The notes beneath the pieces are model-generated. The model searched no databases and was not told the origin of the DNA. It worked only from the letters and a program-made list of their open reading frames with translations. This document shows, piece after piece, positions 34,234 through 45,665 of a stretch of DNA of 64,000 nucleotides. Source of the DNA: Octopus sinensis (lineage: Eukaryota). The stretch lies in the NCBI RefSeq assembly GCF_006345805.1, contig NC_043014.1, positions 11,098,001-11,162,000 on the forward strand, read 5' to 3'. The first letter of the stretch is position 1. Each line of letters opens with the position of its first letter. Both the position numbers and the translations under genes were made by a program.

Positions 34234-35796
34234 ATGTGTACATGTATGTGTGTGTGTGTAAGAAACTCTCCTTCACTGTGTACTTGGTAAAGTCACCCAC
34301 TCTATGCGTTTACAGCTGTAATCAATTTGTTTAATTCCAATTTTTGCTGTTTGGTTGCAGAAAATTTGCTTGCCAACATCTCAATGATAGAAACGATAGA
34401 AATCATTAGAAATGACGTATATATACATATATAGATACCATGAGATAAAGCTATATGAGATATTAGCAACAACAAAAAAATCAGAGAGGGAGAGAGAAAG
34501 AGAGAGATAATTGCAAGTGTCTTTTCGCTACTTGTAAGGAAATTTATATAAACATTCAGATGACGTGACAATGGGTTCTCCCTTAGGACCAACGTTTGCA
34601 GCATTCTATGCATCCAAAGATGTCTTGCAAACAAATTGCACATGCAAGTGCTACCAGTCAAAAACTCTGCATACCGGAAGCCAGCAATTGTATGGGGTCA
34701 TCAGGAGAGAATGCGCGCCGTTTCGGGGCCTACCTCATGACGGCATCAATGCGCAACAGCCCCCCTCACTGATACGAGGCCCCGCTTGCTAGATCAACTG
34801 GTTATCAAATAAAGCTCAATATTCTTCTAGCCATCACTCATCATCTCTTTTTAACCAAATCCAGAGGCTAGCCTTCAAAACTGTAGTTTGGATATCGGTC
34901 ATGGTGGTATTTACCTTATGATGAGTTAGGCCTAACGATAACAACAGTCGTCTCACACTGTGTCCAACGAACCCTCTACATCCAACTTCGATTGGATAGA
35001 AAATAAAATCAAAACTAGAACATATGATAGACACAAGATGCATAGATCATGTATTAGATGTAATATCTTTATATATAAAAGAAAGGTTGTGTGTCTGTCT
35101 ACTCCGATTTAGATTCCTAACTACTCCCACATTTTGCGATGCAGTTTAACTAAAACCGGGTATCTTATAGTTGTGATTCATATCGAGCCCTTTTGGGTAT
35201 TAGCGCGCGTCTACGATGAGTCAACGATTTAAAAAAAAATTTACCATAATTTTTTTTCCATTTTTAATGCATTTTTTGCTATTTTTTGGCTATAACTCTC
35301 TAAAAATGCTTTATAGTTATTTCCCTTACAAACCCGAGCAACGCCGGGCGATACTGCTAGTATACAATAAAGGAAGTTGAGAGACTAAAGGATGTCTCTG
35401 GACTATAACATCCAGAATAATACAAATGAGACACCGTTTTTGGACATAAATGTAGAGATCAAAACGGAAACGTTCATTACTAACTCTATTGTTTTTGAAG
35501 TTTAAATGTTTGTAGACAGCTAAAAATTAAAATGTTTGATATATGATGTTTTATCTCACCTCGAGCGATGTTTACCAAAAGTGAAGTTTTCTTCATCAAC
35601 CGGAATTCTTCTGTACTAATCAAGTTAATCGTTTGTTCTGTGCAAGGACAAGCAATAACAAGAACATCCATTTCGGGTAACATATCTTGCAAACGAGGGT
35701 AAAACGTAGCTTTGACTCGTTCTTCGTCTTCATTGCTTCTGTAAATGTAAGGAAAATGTGTTCAAGACTTTGAACTCTAAATAGCATTAGTAAGAA

Positions 35797-35854
<58 letters not shown>

Positions 35855-35938
35855 GTAATAGTAGTAATAGTAATAATGATAATAATAATAGTAATAATAG
35901 TAATAGTAATAATGATAATAATAATAATAATAATAGCA

Positions 35939-35975
<37 letters not shown>

Positions 35976-38900
35976 TAATAATAATAATAATAATAATAAT
36001 AATAGTAATAATAATAATAATAATTATAATAATAATAACAACAACAACATCGAAAAATACCTTAGGAATGAGAACCCAGGTTCGAGATGTCCCCAAGACA
36101 CCTGATGAAAGCTGGAAGGTATATCAGCCGAAACTTTATGTTTAACAACAAACAAGATGAGGACAAATGCAGTGTAGATAAGCACTTCACTTTAAATACA
36201 AAGAACAACTGGCAGTGAGACGGTTTTTAGCAGATACCCAAATGGTAATGGGTTAATACACTTAATGAAAAATGTTTTCAAGTGGTTCTCTAGTGGTGGG
36301 GATAAATGTAGGATTCTGTGCAAGCAAATACAATATTACAGCAAATAACTGGAATAAGGAATGAAATTATAATTTATCCTGATGGAAGCACGGTTTCCCA
36401 ACTTAATTGTTCCACCCATCAACCATATAGTTGTTTGTATATTGGTCAAAAGAATTGCCATGCAAGATGTAAAACCCATGTTTCTTGTGATGTGCTATGT
36501 AATCATGATCGGTCACCAGGGTGGCACGCCATCACTATGAATTTGTTGTCATCCACTTGCTGCACATAACTGACTCACAAATGAAAGTTTGTTTACATTC
36601 CTTTCTCCTGACTTGGATAAGTGTTCATCTAAAACAGCGGTTTCTCAACTGGGGTTCATATAGTCCTTGATGGTCAATAAAAGATTTTTGGGAGTCGATG
36701 CAACAAAATAGCAAACTGGGGATCTCCAGTGATATTTTAAGGGCCAATGAAAAAATTTTGCTTCTGTTGTATGTATTGATATTTATTGCAGGAAACAGCT
36801 AGGTTTCTTTCTCTAACATCTTATATAATTCAACCTACACAAGTTAATGTGTGAAAAACAAAATACTTATGGGATTACCCTGGGTTTCCCATCCATAAAG
36901 CTAAACCCTTTATGGGCAGAAACCCCAGGGTAATCCCATAAACTGGCCTCCCCCATTAAAATATATATGTGTATGTAAAATATATATATGTGTAGTATTT
37001 GTAAAACTAGTTTTTAAACATTGAATATTCTACCAAAATAAAATGGTAATCAAAGGGGTTCATAGATAGAAAATGATTGAGATCCCTGATGCACACAAAA
37101 AAAAAACAATGTTTCTTAACCTTTAGCACATATTAGGTATAGGTTTTATATGCTGAGAAAGATACATGATGAGACTTCTCCACATATCTGCAAACATACC
37201 CTCAGAAATTTTTCTGCAGATTATACTAATAGACTGAGACACTTTCGCTTGCTTTCAAAACATAGTGGCTGTGAGGCGCAGGACTGGCTGTGTGGTAAGT
37301 AGCTTGCTTACCAACCACACGGTTCCAGGTTCAGTCCCACTGCATGGCACCTTGGGCAAGTGTCTTCTACTATAGCCCCAGGCCGACCAAAGCCTTGTGA
37401 GTGGATTTGGTAGACGGAAACTGAAAGTAGCCTGTCATATATATGTATATATTTATATATGTATATGCTTGTGTGTGTGTGTGTTTGTGTGTCTGTGTTT
37501 GTCCCCCCCCCCAACATCGCTTGAAAACCGATGCTGGTGTGTTTACGTCCCTGTAACTTAGCAGTTCGGCAAAAGAGAGCGATAGAATAAGTACTAGGCT
37601 TACAAAGAATAAGTCCTGGGGTCGATTTGCTCGACTATAGGCGATGCTCCAGCTTGGCCGCAGTCAAATGACTGAAACAAGTAAAAGAGTAACAATCATT
37701 ATTTCCTTGCACATTGCGCTCATCCATCTCTCTAGGCTGCTATGTCCATCTCCCATCTGTAACACAGCTGCATTAAACGCAGAACAATGTTTTGATACAT
37801 TTAAAAATCAAACAAAAGTACTTCGCATTTGCTAGTAAATAGATTACTTATCTTCCTACCTTCGTTTCCTATTGTGATAAAGGATTTTCATGTCGAATGC
37901 AGTTGCTCTTAGAGCAATCTTAAAGCCAATATCTCCCATACCGACAATTCCAAGAGTTTTGTTCTTCACATTTGTTCCAAGTAAGCTCAGACAATCAAAG
38001 TTTGGATTTTCATTTTCCATTGCCATGCTGATACCTTGAAAATAACAAAATATTTGGCATTTTCAAATGTAATTATGAATTTATGATTGAAAAGGATAAT
38101 AGTTATTTTCCATGCAAATTTTGAGGTCTTATTGGTACACTCCCTACTTGGAGCCGTACAGTGCTTTACAATTTCAAGTTCCTCACTTGTTGGGGCACCA
38201 TGATGTCTCACTTGTTGGGGCACCATGATATATATATATATATACTTTTTGCATGCGGGACTCCGGTACCGTTTTTCATCTAGTACAGCATATTATGCTC
38301 ATAACAAACTACGCTGATGAAGCTACAGATATCCTTGTGATATTAATAGCTGAAACTGCAGTACGTAGGTAATTATCCCATTTAGTATATTTCTTTTGTC
38401 TCATCCATTGCTTTGGGTCGTGCTGAATTTTATTTTCATTTGAGAACATAATCCTTGTGGAGAATGGCGATTTGACGTCTATATCTAGCATGTTGACTGT
38501 CCACTTTTTCGTGTTCAGTCCTTAATTGGTATATATAAATATTTTAATCTTCGGATTCTTTTTAATGTGCTAGACCACTGGTTTTAATTGACTAATATCA
38601 ATTTCTACCCTTAATTTTTAAATATGAAATATATGTTCTCAAACCGATAAATTGACTGCTGCTAATTATTGGCTGCAGGCTACTTTTTCGATTATCAGCG
38701 CGCCAAAAGTAGAGGCATTTGAAAGATACATCCGAACGTAATAGGTTGTACTTTTTGCATGCGGGACTCCGGTACCGTTTTTCATCTAGTACAGCATATT
38801 ATGCTCATAACAAACTACGCTGATGAAGCTACAGATATCCTTGTGATATTAATAGCTGAAACTGCAGTACGTAGGTAATTATCCCATTTAGTATATTTCT

Positions 38901-39035
38901 TTTGTCTCATCCATTGCTTTGGGTCGTGCTGAATTTTATTTTTATTTGAGAACATAATCCTTGTGGAGAATGGCGATTTGACGTCTATATCTAGCATGTT
39001 GACTGTCCACTTTTTCGTGTTCAGTCCTTAATTGG

Positions 39036-39066
<31 letters not shown>

Positions 39067-42000
39067 ATAATTTTAGGGAGAATAACTCCAAATTTACAGG
39101 GAAAAATTCAATTTAGTATTAAATCAAATTTCACAGTATATATAAAATATAAATTAGAGATAAAACCACTATTATGCAACTCAAACAGTGATAGACATAA
39201 ACCAAAACATAAATAACAAATAAAATATATATTTTTTAAACAAATAACTTATAACTAGATCTCAAAAAGTATAAAATCAATGATCATTTGTATAAAATAT
39301 ATATATATTATTTGTTATTTATGTATTGGTTTATGTCTATCACTGAGTTGCATAATAGTAGTTTTATCTCTAATTTATATATATATATATATAGCACTTT
39401 GTTGTTGGTGTTGAGAGAGTCCGAAAGATATTCAGGTGACAGGTAATTTTATATCAAGAAAATTTTACCTAAGTTTAGATCTGATTGTAACTGAGGTTGC
39501 TAACAGAATATATCTGGATAATTTTTGGTGTTTAACAATCAACATTCTTTTCCCAGTTGGTTACCAAGTCAATTTCCCCCCCCCCCCATACTCATGTCTA
39601 ATTAGATAATTTTCAAGTTTCAAAAAATGATATCTAAAATGGAGTAAAATGAGTAGCGCTTAATTTCAGTGGTTATTCCTCTTTAACTGTATGGTTATTC
39701 CTCTTTAACATTTGTGAAGAAAAAAAGATACCCCTCGCCCCACCCCTAACCCTAAAACAGATTGAAATGCAATAGATCGACACTAGGGTCATAATTATGG
39801 GTGACAATTTCATATGACACTGCTAGTAAAAACTGCCGTTCAAACCGAAAAGATCCAAATAATTTATTTACTTAGTTTAAAAAATTATTTACATAGCTTT
39901 TTATTTACTTTGTTCGAAAAATATTTAATTTGTGTAAAAAATTATATACATTGTTTTAAAAAATAATTTATTTACTTTGCATTTTATTTACTTTGTTCGA
40001 AAAATATTATTTAATTTTCTTTGATATGTATTCAGCCTTGAAATACAAACATACGCGCAAGTCGTTGTAGGATCGACTACTTACAACTAGCTATCGCGAG
40101 TGCGCGCACCGGGACCACTGTTTGCTAGTAGTACCCTCGTTGTATCCCCACCCTCACAACTTTCACTAATTGGCGATCTTTCATCTCTAGTAGACCTTTC
40201 CGTCGATTTCCGTAAATTTTTTTTTTTTTTACATATGGGCTTGCGGGAACTTTTGAAGTAATGAGAGCGAAAGAGACTAAGAGAAAGCCATTTTATGACG
40301 AGGGAAGTTCTTTTGAAGTTACCGTGCATGGCAAGCATTGATGTACATGTGTGTGTGTTTGATGGGGTGTGGGAGACAGACAGTATGTTGTGTAAGTGAA
40401 GTGCTTCTGTTAGTGTGTGTGAAGAGACAGAGTAATGTGTGAAAGAGAGAGATAACTGAAATTTTTTACTCGGTGCATGTGTATATGTATGTATATTACT
40501 TTAAAAGTTCCCGCAAGCCCATATGTAAAATAAAAATATTTTTTTACGGAAATCGACGGAAAGGTCTACTAGAGACGAAAGATCGCCCACTAATTAACCT
40601 TTCCAAATATGAAAACCAACTTTCAAACAACAAGGGGGCCTCTACGTCACACTGTCGCTCATCCTACAAAAGTTGACGACAGTATCTCCGTTACATTATC
40701 GCTTTAAATAAGACAGGGTCTCTTTAGATAATGAAGTTTTATCTTGGTTTTTGTCGGCGTGAGAGGCAATGTAAAAACTTCAGTAGTAGCATATAGTCGG
40801 TACTACTTAAGAAGGGTGGAAAGGGTTTTATGGGGCTTAATGCAGAATCGCACATCTCCGTGAAAAATGCATTTTTTTTTTTTAATAAAAAAAAGCTATT
40901 TTTTCGTTTTAGAGGGGCGGAGATTATGAATAGACAAAAAACAATGTAATTTTTTAATTTCACCCCCCTCACCCCTTTCCCCCTCCCAATTAAAAATGTT
41001 GGTACTACTTAAGACGAGTGGTCCCGGTGCGCGCACTCGCGTACTCGCGCATCCGCGCTAGCTAGTCGTGACTAGTCGATCCTACAACGACTACCTAGCA
41101 AAGTAAATAAAACACAAAATAATTTTTTTACACAAATTAAATAATTTTTTTAAACAAAGTAAATAAAACACAAAAACACAAAGTAAGGATCGATTAGTCA
41201 TGACTAGCTAACGCGGATGCGCGCACCGGACCACTCTTCTTGAGTAGTACCCATATAGTCGAGATTTTATATGAATGCCTTTTCAAGCTAACCTCAATTA
41301 TGTTTATATCGCACATGGATACATTGAAACTCCGACGTCTGGCAGCTGATTTGGTAGACACCCATAAAATTATTAACCATCTTACAAACAATAACTCTGA
41401 TTTTTTTTAACTTACGGGTCGGACCACGTCGCTGTATTTACCCGGTGCATATCGCCACAGACTCCCGGCGACTGACGGCATCGGTCGCGGCAACGTCCAC
41501 GTGCACGTGGGCGATACCGCGAGATTCGGTTCGTTCTTACGATATCGAGCACGGAAACGCGGCGGAGCTGCGGGCTAAGGCGGACGTCAATAGGCGGGCT
41601 AAAGCGGGCGTCAACGGGCGAGCGAACGCTGCGTCTGAAAGGCGGGTGGCGTGGCGGCGGAATTTCGAAGACGCGCCAGCCGTGTAGAGTCGATCTTGCA
41701 CCGGCAAACGGGGTTACAAACAATAACTCTGAGCACCTTTTCAAACTCCATCTGTCTAACATCCGTGGACATGTTTACAAAGTCAGAAAACAGCACAGCT
41801 CCCATGACTTTCAGAAACATTTTTTCACGCTAAGAGTTGCTGAAGCGTGGAACAAACTGCCGGCATCAGTTGTTAGTTGTCGGAGCACTGCATCCTTCAA
41901 AACTTCCATGCTTCCTGAGATTCGCCAACACTACACCTGATTTTCTCTCCTCCATACACACGCAGGCATGTATCTGACTCATACACCGTTCACTTTCCAG

Positions 42001-43196
42001 ACATATTTGTACATTACTGCATATACTTTATACGCAATTTTGACAAGTTGTGGTGCACCTGAGCACTGTATACAATAATTTCATTATTATTATTATTTAA
42101 ATTAAGTAGCTTGCTTACCAACCACATGGTTCTGGGTTCAGTCCCACTGCATGGCACCTTGGGTAAGTGTCTTCTACTATAGCCTCGGGCCGACCAATGC
42201 CTTGTGAGTGGATTTGGTAGACGGAAACTGAAAGAAGCCTGTCGTATATATGTATATATGTGTGTGTGTGTTTGTGTCTGTGTTTATCGTTCCCAACATC
42301 GCTTGACAACCGATGCTGGTGTGTTTACGTCCCCGTAACTTAGCGGTTCGGCAAAAAGAAACTGATAGAATAAGTACTAGGCTTACAAAGAATAAGTCCT
42401 GGGGCCGATTTGCTCGACTAAAGGCAGTGCTCCAGCATGGCCGCAGTCAAATGACTGAAACAAGTAAAAGAATAAAAGAATAAGTAATTCTTACTAACCC
42501 GGCCAAAACCGGCTCTGGCTCTGTAGTACAAATGTCTTGTTTTCATAAGTTTTTCATCAAAATATACCACCAAACATTAGTTGCAATTTATATTCCTAAC
42601 ACTAGCTGAATGATAGCTAAGTTATTTTACTAGATTCTTTGTTATATTTAAAATAATTGAAAGAAACACAGAGCATCTCAAAAATAAATACGGTAACGAA
42701 AGGGCAAATTCGGTGTGGTGGGGAAAATAAAAGCAGAATTCATTTAGGGGAAATAATTCTCCTTGTTTAGAATTATCTACCCTGAATACCATAAATACTT
42801 ACCCGGCAGTATTTTCCGAGACGATATTAATATTAAAGTAATGGCAAGGTCTGCTGCACTGTCGGAAATAACGTATCTAGTGTTTCCAACTCGTATTCCT
42901 TTCTCTTTAGCACATTTTAGATCGATATGGTCCACTCCGACTCCAATACTTGAAATTACTCTCACACGAGGAAGAGTTGCTAAAAGTTTGTCTGTAATGT
43001 TCGCATGCATTCCTATTGAAATGATACCAATAACATCTTCCTTTAAGCCTGGATTCTGTGCAATATCATCCTGGAAAACTACTTGGAAAGAATTTCCGAG
43101 GCGACTCACAAGCTGTTCAAATAATTCGTCTTTCACCTCATCGTCCTTGAAGTGTTGCGCGGTTATTAGAACCGAAGCTTTCATATCTGCCGTCAT
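33247..43196 (-). CDS. GR2: 2-hydroxyacid dehydrogenase paralog, 332 aa, intact
   Basis: Exons 43196-42803, 38034-37860, 35738-35560, 33497-33247 (999 nt), GT-AG, in phase. GMGDIG, YHNRKRR, VNIARG, DVTEPEPLP, TPHCG. First true ATG at 43196 (the ORF-track start at 43202 is TTG). Confidence 0.93.
33661..34077 (-). mobile_element. SINE family A
   Basis: Full-length copy. Confidence 0.8.
34517..34619 (+). mobile_element. Penelope-like RT fossil in GR2 intron 3
   Basis: Reads LYKHSDDVTMGSPLGPTFAAFY, resembling the PLE motif LYKQxDGVAMGSPLGP; homologs at ~46737-46838 and ~55014-55110 (GVAMGSPQGP). Confidence 0.55.
34620..35010 (-). mobile_element. 3' end of a restriction-like-endonuclease non-LTR retrotransposon (HERO/NeSL-like)
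   Basis: PIEVGCRGFVGHSVRRLLLSLGL...KASLWIWLKRD; a second copy lies on + at ~59185-59500. Confidence 0.55.
35066..35360 (+). mobile_element. Non-autonomous Helitron, second subfamily with the same 3' end
   Basis: TC start, same 3' hairpin and CTAG end; absent at the homologous GR3 site (~46905). Confidence 0.75.
36635..37088. mobile_element. Old hAT/Charlie-like MITE
   Basis: Ends cagcggtttctcaac / gattgagatccctg; TSD not preserved. Confidence 0.45.
37274..37690 (+). mobile_element. SINE family A
   Basis: Full-length copy. Confidence 0.8.
38309..38368 (+). ncRNA. Type I hammerhead ribozyme, copy 1 (complete core)
   Basis: Stem I CTACG/CGTAG; CTGATGA 38314-38320; stem II AGCTA/TAGCT extended by GATATC/GATATT; GAAAC 38352-38356; palindromic stem III ACTGCAGT; GUA cleavage site after 38363. 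Confidence 0.88.
38815..38874 (+). ncRNA. Type I hammerhead ribozyme, copy 2 (identical to copy 1)
   Basis: Same sequence as 38309-38368 shifted by 506 nt; predicted cleavage after 38869. Confidence 0.88.
40172..40587. mobile_element. MITE family C (GGCGATC ~90-bp TIR, 8-bp TSD)
   Basis: TSD CACTAATT at 40164-40171 and 40588-40595; arms ~40172-40261 and ~40496-40587. Confidence 0.75.
41325..42095 (+). mobile_element. CR1-like LINE 3' end, interrupted by a 313-bp insertion
   Basis: Joined halves read LRRLAADLVDTHKII...IRGHVYKV...FFTLRVAEAWNKLPASVV, then a 3' UTR ending in (ATT)n. Confidence 0.72.
41401..41713 (-). other. Unidentified GC/CpG-rich insertion with A-tail and 19-bp target-site duplication
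   Basis: TTACAAACAATAACTCTGA at 41382-41400 and 41714-41732; T8 at 41401-41408. Confidence 0.75.
42103..42484 (+). mobile_element. SINE family A, 5'-truncated
   Basis: Lacks the A-box, otherwise matches. Further fragments at ~455-545, ~3120-3275, ~23050-23165, ~24640-24855, ~57470-57590. Confidence 0.78.
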
Positions 43197-43242
43197 ATTC
43201 AAATGTCACTTGATTCACAAAATTTTTATCGCTCTTTTCAAT

Positions 43243-44555
43243 GAGGCGACGAGCTGGCAGAAACGTTAGCACGCCGGGCGAAATGCGTTGCCGTATTTCG
43301 TCTGTCGTTACGTTCCGAGTTCAAATTCCGCCGAGGTCGACTTTGCCTTTCATACTTTCGGGTTCGATAAATTAAGTACCAGTTACGCACTAGGGTCGAT
43401 GTAATCGACTTAATACCTGTGTCTGTCCTTGTTTGTCCCCTCTGTTGAGCCCCTCGTGGGTAATAAAGAAATAGGTATTTCGTTTGCCGCTACGTTCTGA
43501 GTTCAAATTCCGCCGAGGTCGACTTTGCCTTTCATCCTTTCGGGGTCGATAAATTAAGTACCAGTTACGCACTGGGGTCGATGAAATCAACTTAATACCT
43601 GTGTCTGTCATTGTTTGTCCCCTCTGTTGAGCCCCTTGTGGGTAATAAAGAAATAGGTATTTCGTCTGCCGCTACGTTCTGAGTTCAAATTCAGCCGAGG
43701 TCGACTTTGCCTTTCATCCTTTCGGGGTCGATAAATTAAGTATCAGTTACGCACTGGGGTCGATGTAATCGACTTAATACCTGTGTCTGTCCTTGTTTGT
43801 CCCTCTGTTGAGCCCCTTGTGGGTAATAAAGAAATAGGTATTTCGTTTGCCGCTACGTTCTGAGTTCAAATTCCGCCGAGGTCGACTTTGCCTTTCATCC
43901 TTTCGGGGTCGATAAATTAAGTACCAGTTACGCACTGGGGTCAATGTAATCAACTTAATACCTGTGTCTGTCCTTGTTTGTCCTCTCTGTTGAGCCCCTT
44001 GTGGGTAATAAAGGAATAGGTATTTCGTCTGCCGCTACGTTCTGAGTTCAAATTCCGCCGAGGTCGACTTTGCCTTTCATCTTTTCGGGGTCGATAAATT
44101 AAGTACCAGTTACGCACTGGGGTCGATGTAATCGACTTAATACCTGTGTCTGTCCTTGTTTGTCCCCTCTGTTGAGCCCCTTGTGGGTAATAAAGAAATA
44201 GGTATTTCGTCTGCCGCTACGTTCTGAGTTCAAATTCCGCCGAGGTCGACTTTGCCTTTCATCCTTTCGGGGTCGATAAATTAAGTATCAGTTACGCACT
44301 GGGGTCGATGTAATCGACTTAATACCTGTGTCTGTCCTTGTTCGTCCCTCTGTTGAGCCCATTGTTGGTAATAAAGAAATAGGTATCTCGTCTGCCGCTA
44401 CGTTCTGAGTTCAAATTCCGCCGAGGTCAACTTTGCCTTTCATCCTTTCGGGGTCGATAAATTAAGTACCAGTTACGCACTGGGGTCGGTGTAATCGACT
44501 TAATACCTATATTTGTCCCCTCTATGTTTAGCCCCTTGTGAGTAATAAAGAAATA
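43243..44555 (+). repeat. SINE family B head followed by 7 tandem ~182-bp units (SINE-derived satellite)
   Basis: Units start at 43311, 43493, 43675, 43856, 44038, 44220, 44401; tRNA-like head at 43243. Confidence 0.9.
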
Positions 44556-44765
44556 CGTCATATTCAAATGTCACGTGATTGACAAACTTTTATCGCTCTT
44601 TTCAATTAAAATGAGATGATTTGCTTAGTCATGCATTTATTTTAATGTCTCTTACTTGATTCAGTCATTGGACTGCGGCCATGCAAGAACCCTATTAGGC
44701 ATGCTGGTGACGAATATTCTCTCATCAGAGGACGAATATTCTCTTGAGGAATTTCTTGCTAAGTT

Positions 44766-45665
44766 TCATGCAACAATCTCGAGATCTGACTTTGAGGATG
44801 CTTTGTTTTTCCTTTTATGAAGTGTCCTGTCCATTATACTCCAGAGGTGTTCAATGGGATTCATATCTGGTAACTGGCTTGGCCATTGAAGATTTTTAAT
44901 GCCATTCTCATTCAACAAATCTTGGGTCTTTTTAGCTGTGTGACAAGGAGCCCTATCTTCCACAAACAAAAAGTATTCTTTAAACATTTCACCACGGGAG
45001 AAGATTGGAAGGAGTTGCTTCTGCAATATGGTTACATATTTATCTGAGTTTATGTTTCCCTCACATTCCGTCTCTGCTTGACCCTTGCTCCAAACTGCTC
45101 CCCAGACCATCACAGAATACCTGCGGTGTTTCATTGTTGGCTGCAATTCTCTCACGTAAAATTCGTGATCCTGGAGTCTCGAGACCCACACTGGACCACT
45201 ATCAGAAAATACACCAAATCTGGACTCATCAGAGAATATGACAGTGTCCCAAAATGCTAGCGGCCACTCCAACATCTCACTAGCCCCATCTTTTCTCCGA
45301 TTGATATTGGCTGGTTGAAGAAGTGGCTTCCTTCTTGCTGCTCTGCCATAGTAGCCAAGTTTGTGGAGATACCTGATAGCTGTTCCGGGGACTGACATCA
45401 ACTTGTTCTGCTATGTCAGAAGCCTTGCAACGAGGATTATCTCTACGCTTCTCTTAACAATGCGAAGGGTCCTGGTCGTCCTGGACAAGGTAATGTTGAC
45501 TCCTAGTTCTCCTTGGTGAATGCACAATCACTCTATTAACTGTAGAAAGAGGGATCCCAAGGTTTTCTGCGATTTTGCGCTAACTTAGTCCCCCCTCAGA
45601 TTGACCCACAATACGGCCATTTTGGAATTCGGACAGTTCCAAGGCTTCTTTTGCATGTGGCTTGA
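44766..45665 (-). mobile_element. Decayed Tc1-like (DD34E) transposon
   Basis: ORF 45401-44766: ARRKPLL, VIFSDESRF, VMVWGA, EDRAPCH...WPSQLPDMNPIE (34 residues between D and E). N-terminal ELSEFQNGRIVG piece at ~45590-45660 ends in a stop. Confidence 0.88.

Larger units (their letters stand above)
38243..39043 (+). mobile_element. Non-autonomous hammerhead-bearing partial tandem repeat (retrozyme / Penelope pseudo-LTR-like)
   Basis: ~295-bp direct repeats 38243-38537 and 38749-39043 (period 506, one difference seen), each holding a hammerhead; (TA)n on both flanks; no long ORF. Confidence 0.7.

Noticed and set aside
38183-38230. 25-bp tandem duplication in GR2 intron 1 (three diverged units in GR3)
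   Set aside because: Ordinary minisatellite turnover.
38243-39043. CRISPR-like reading of the direct repeats here and of the 182-bp array at 43311-44555
   Set aside because: No short repeats with unique spacers, no cas genes, eukaryotic context.
41445-41762. 80-aa and 116-aa ORFs across the GC-rich insert
   Set aside because: Open frames are expected in GC-rich DNA, they cross the insert boundary and show no known motif.
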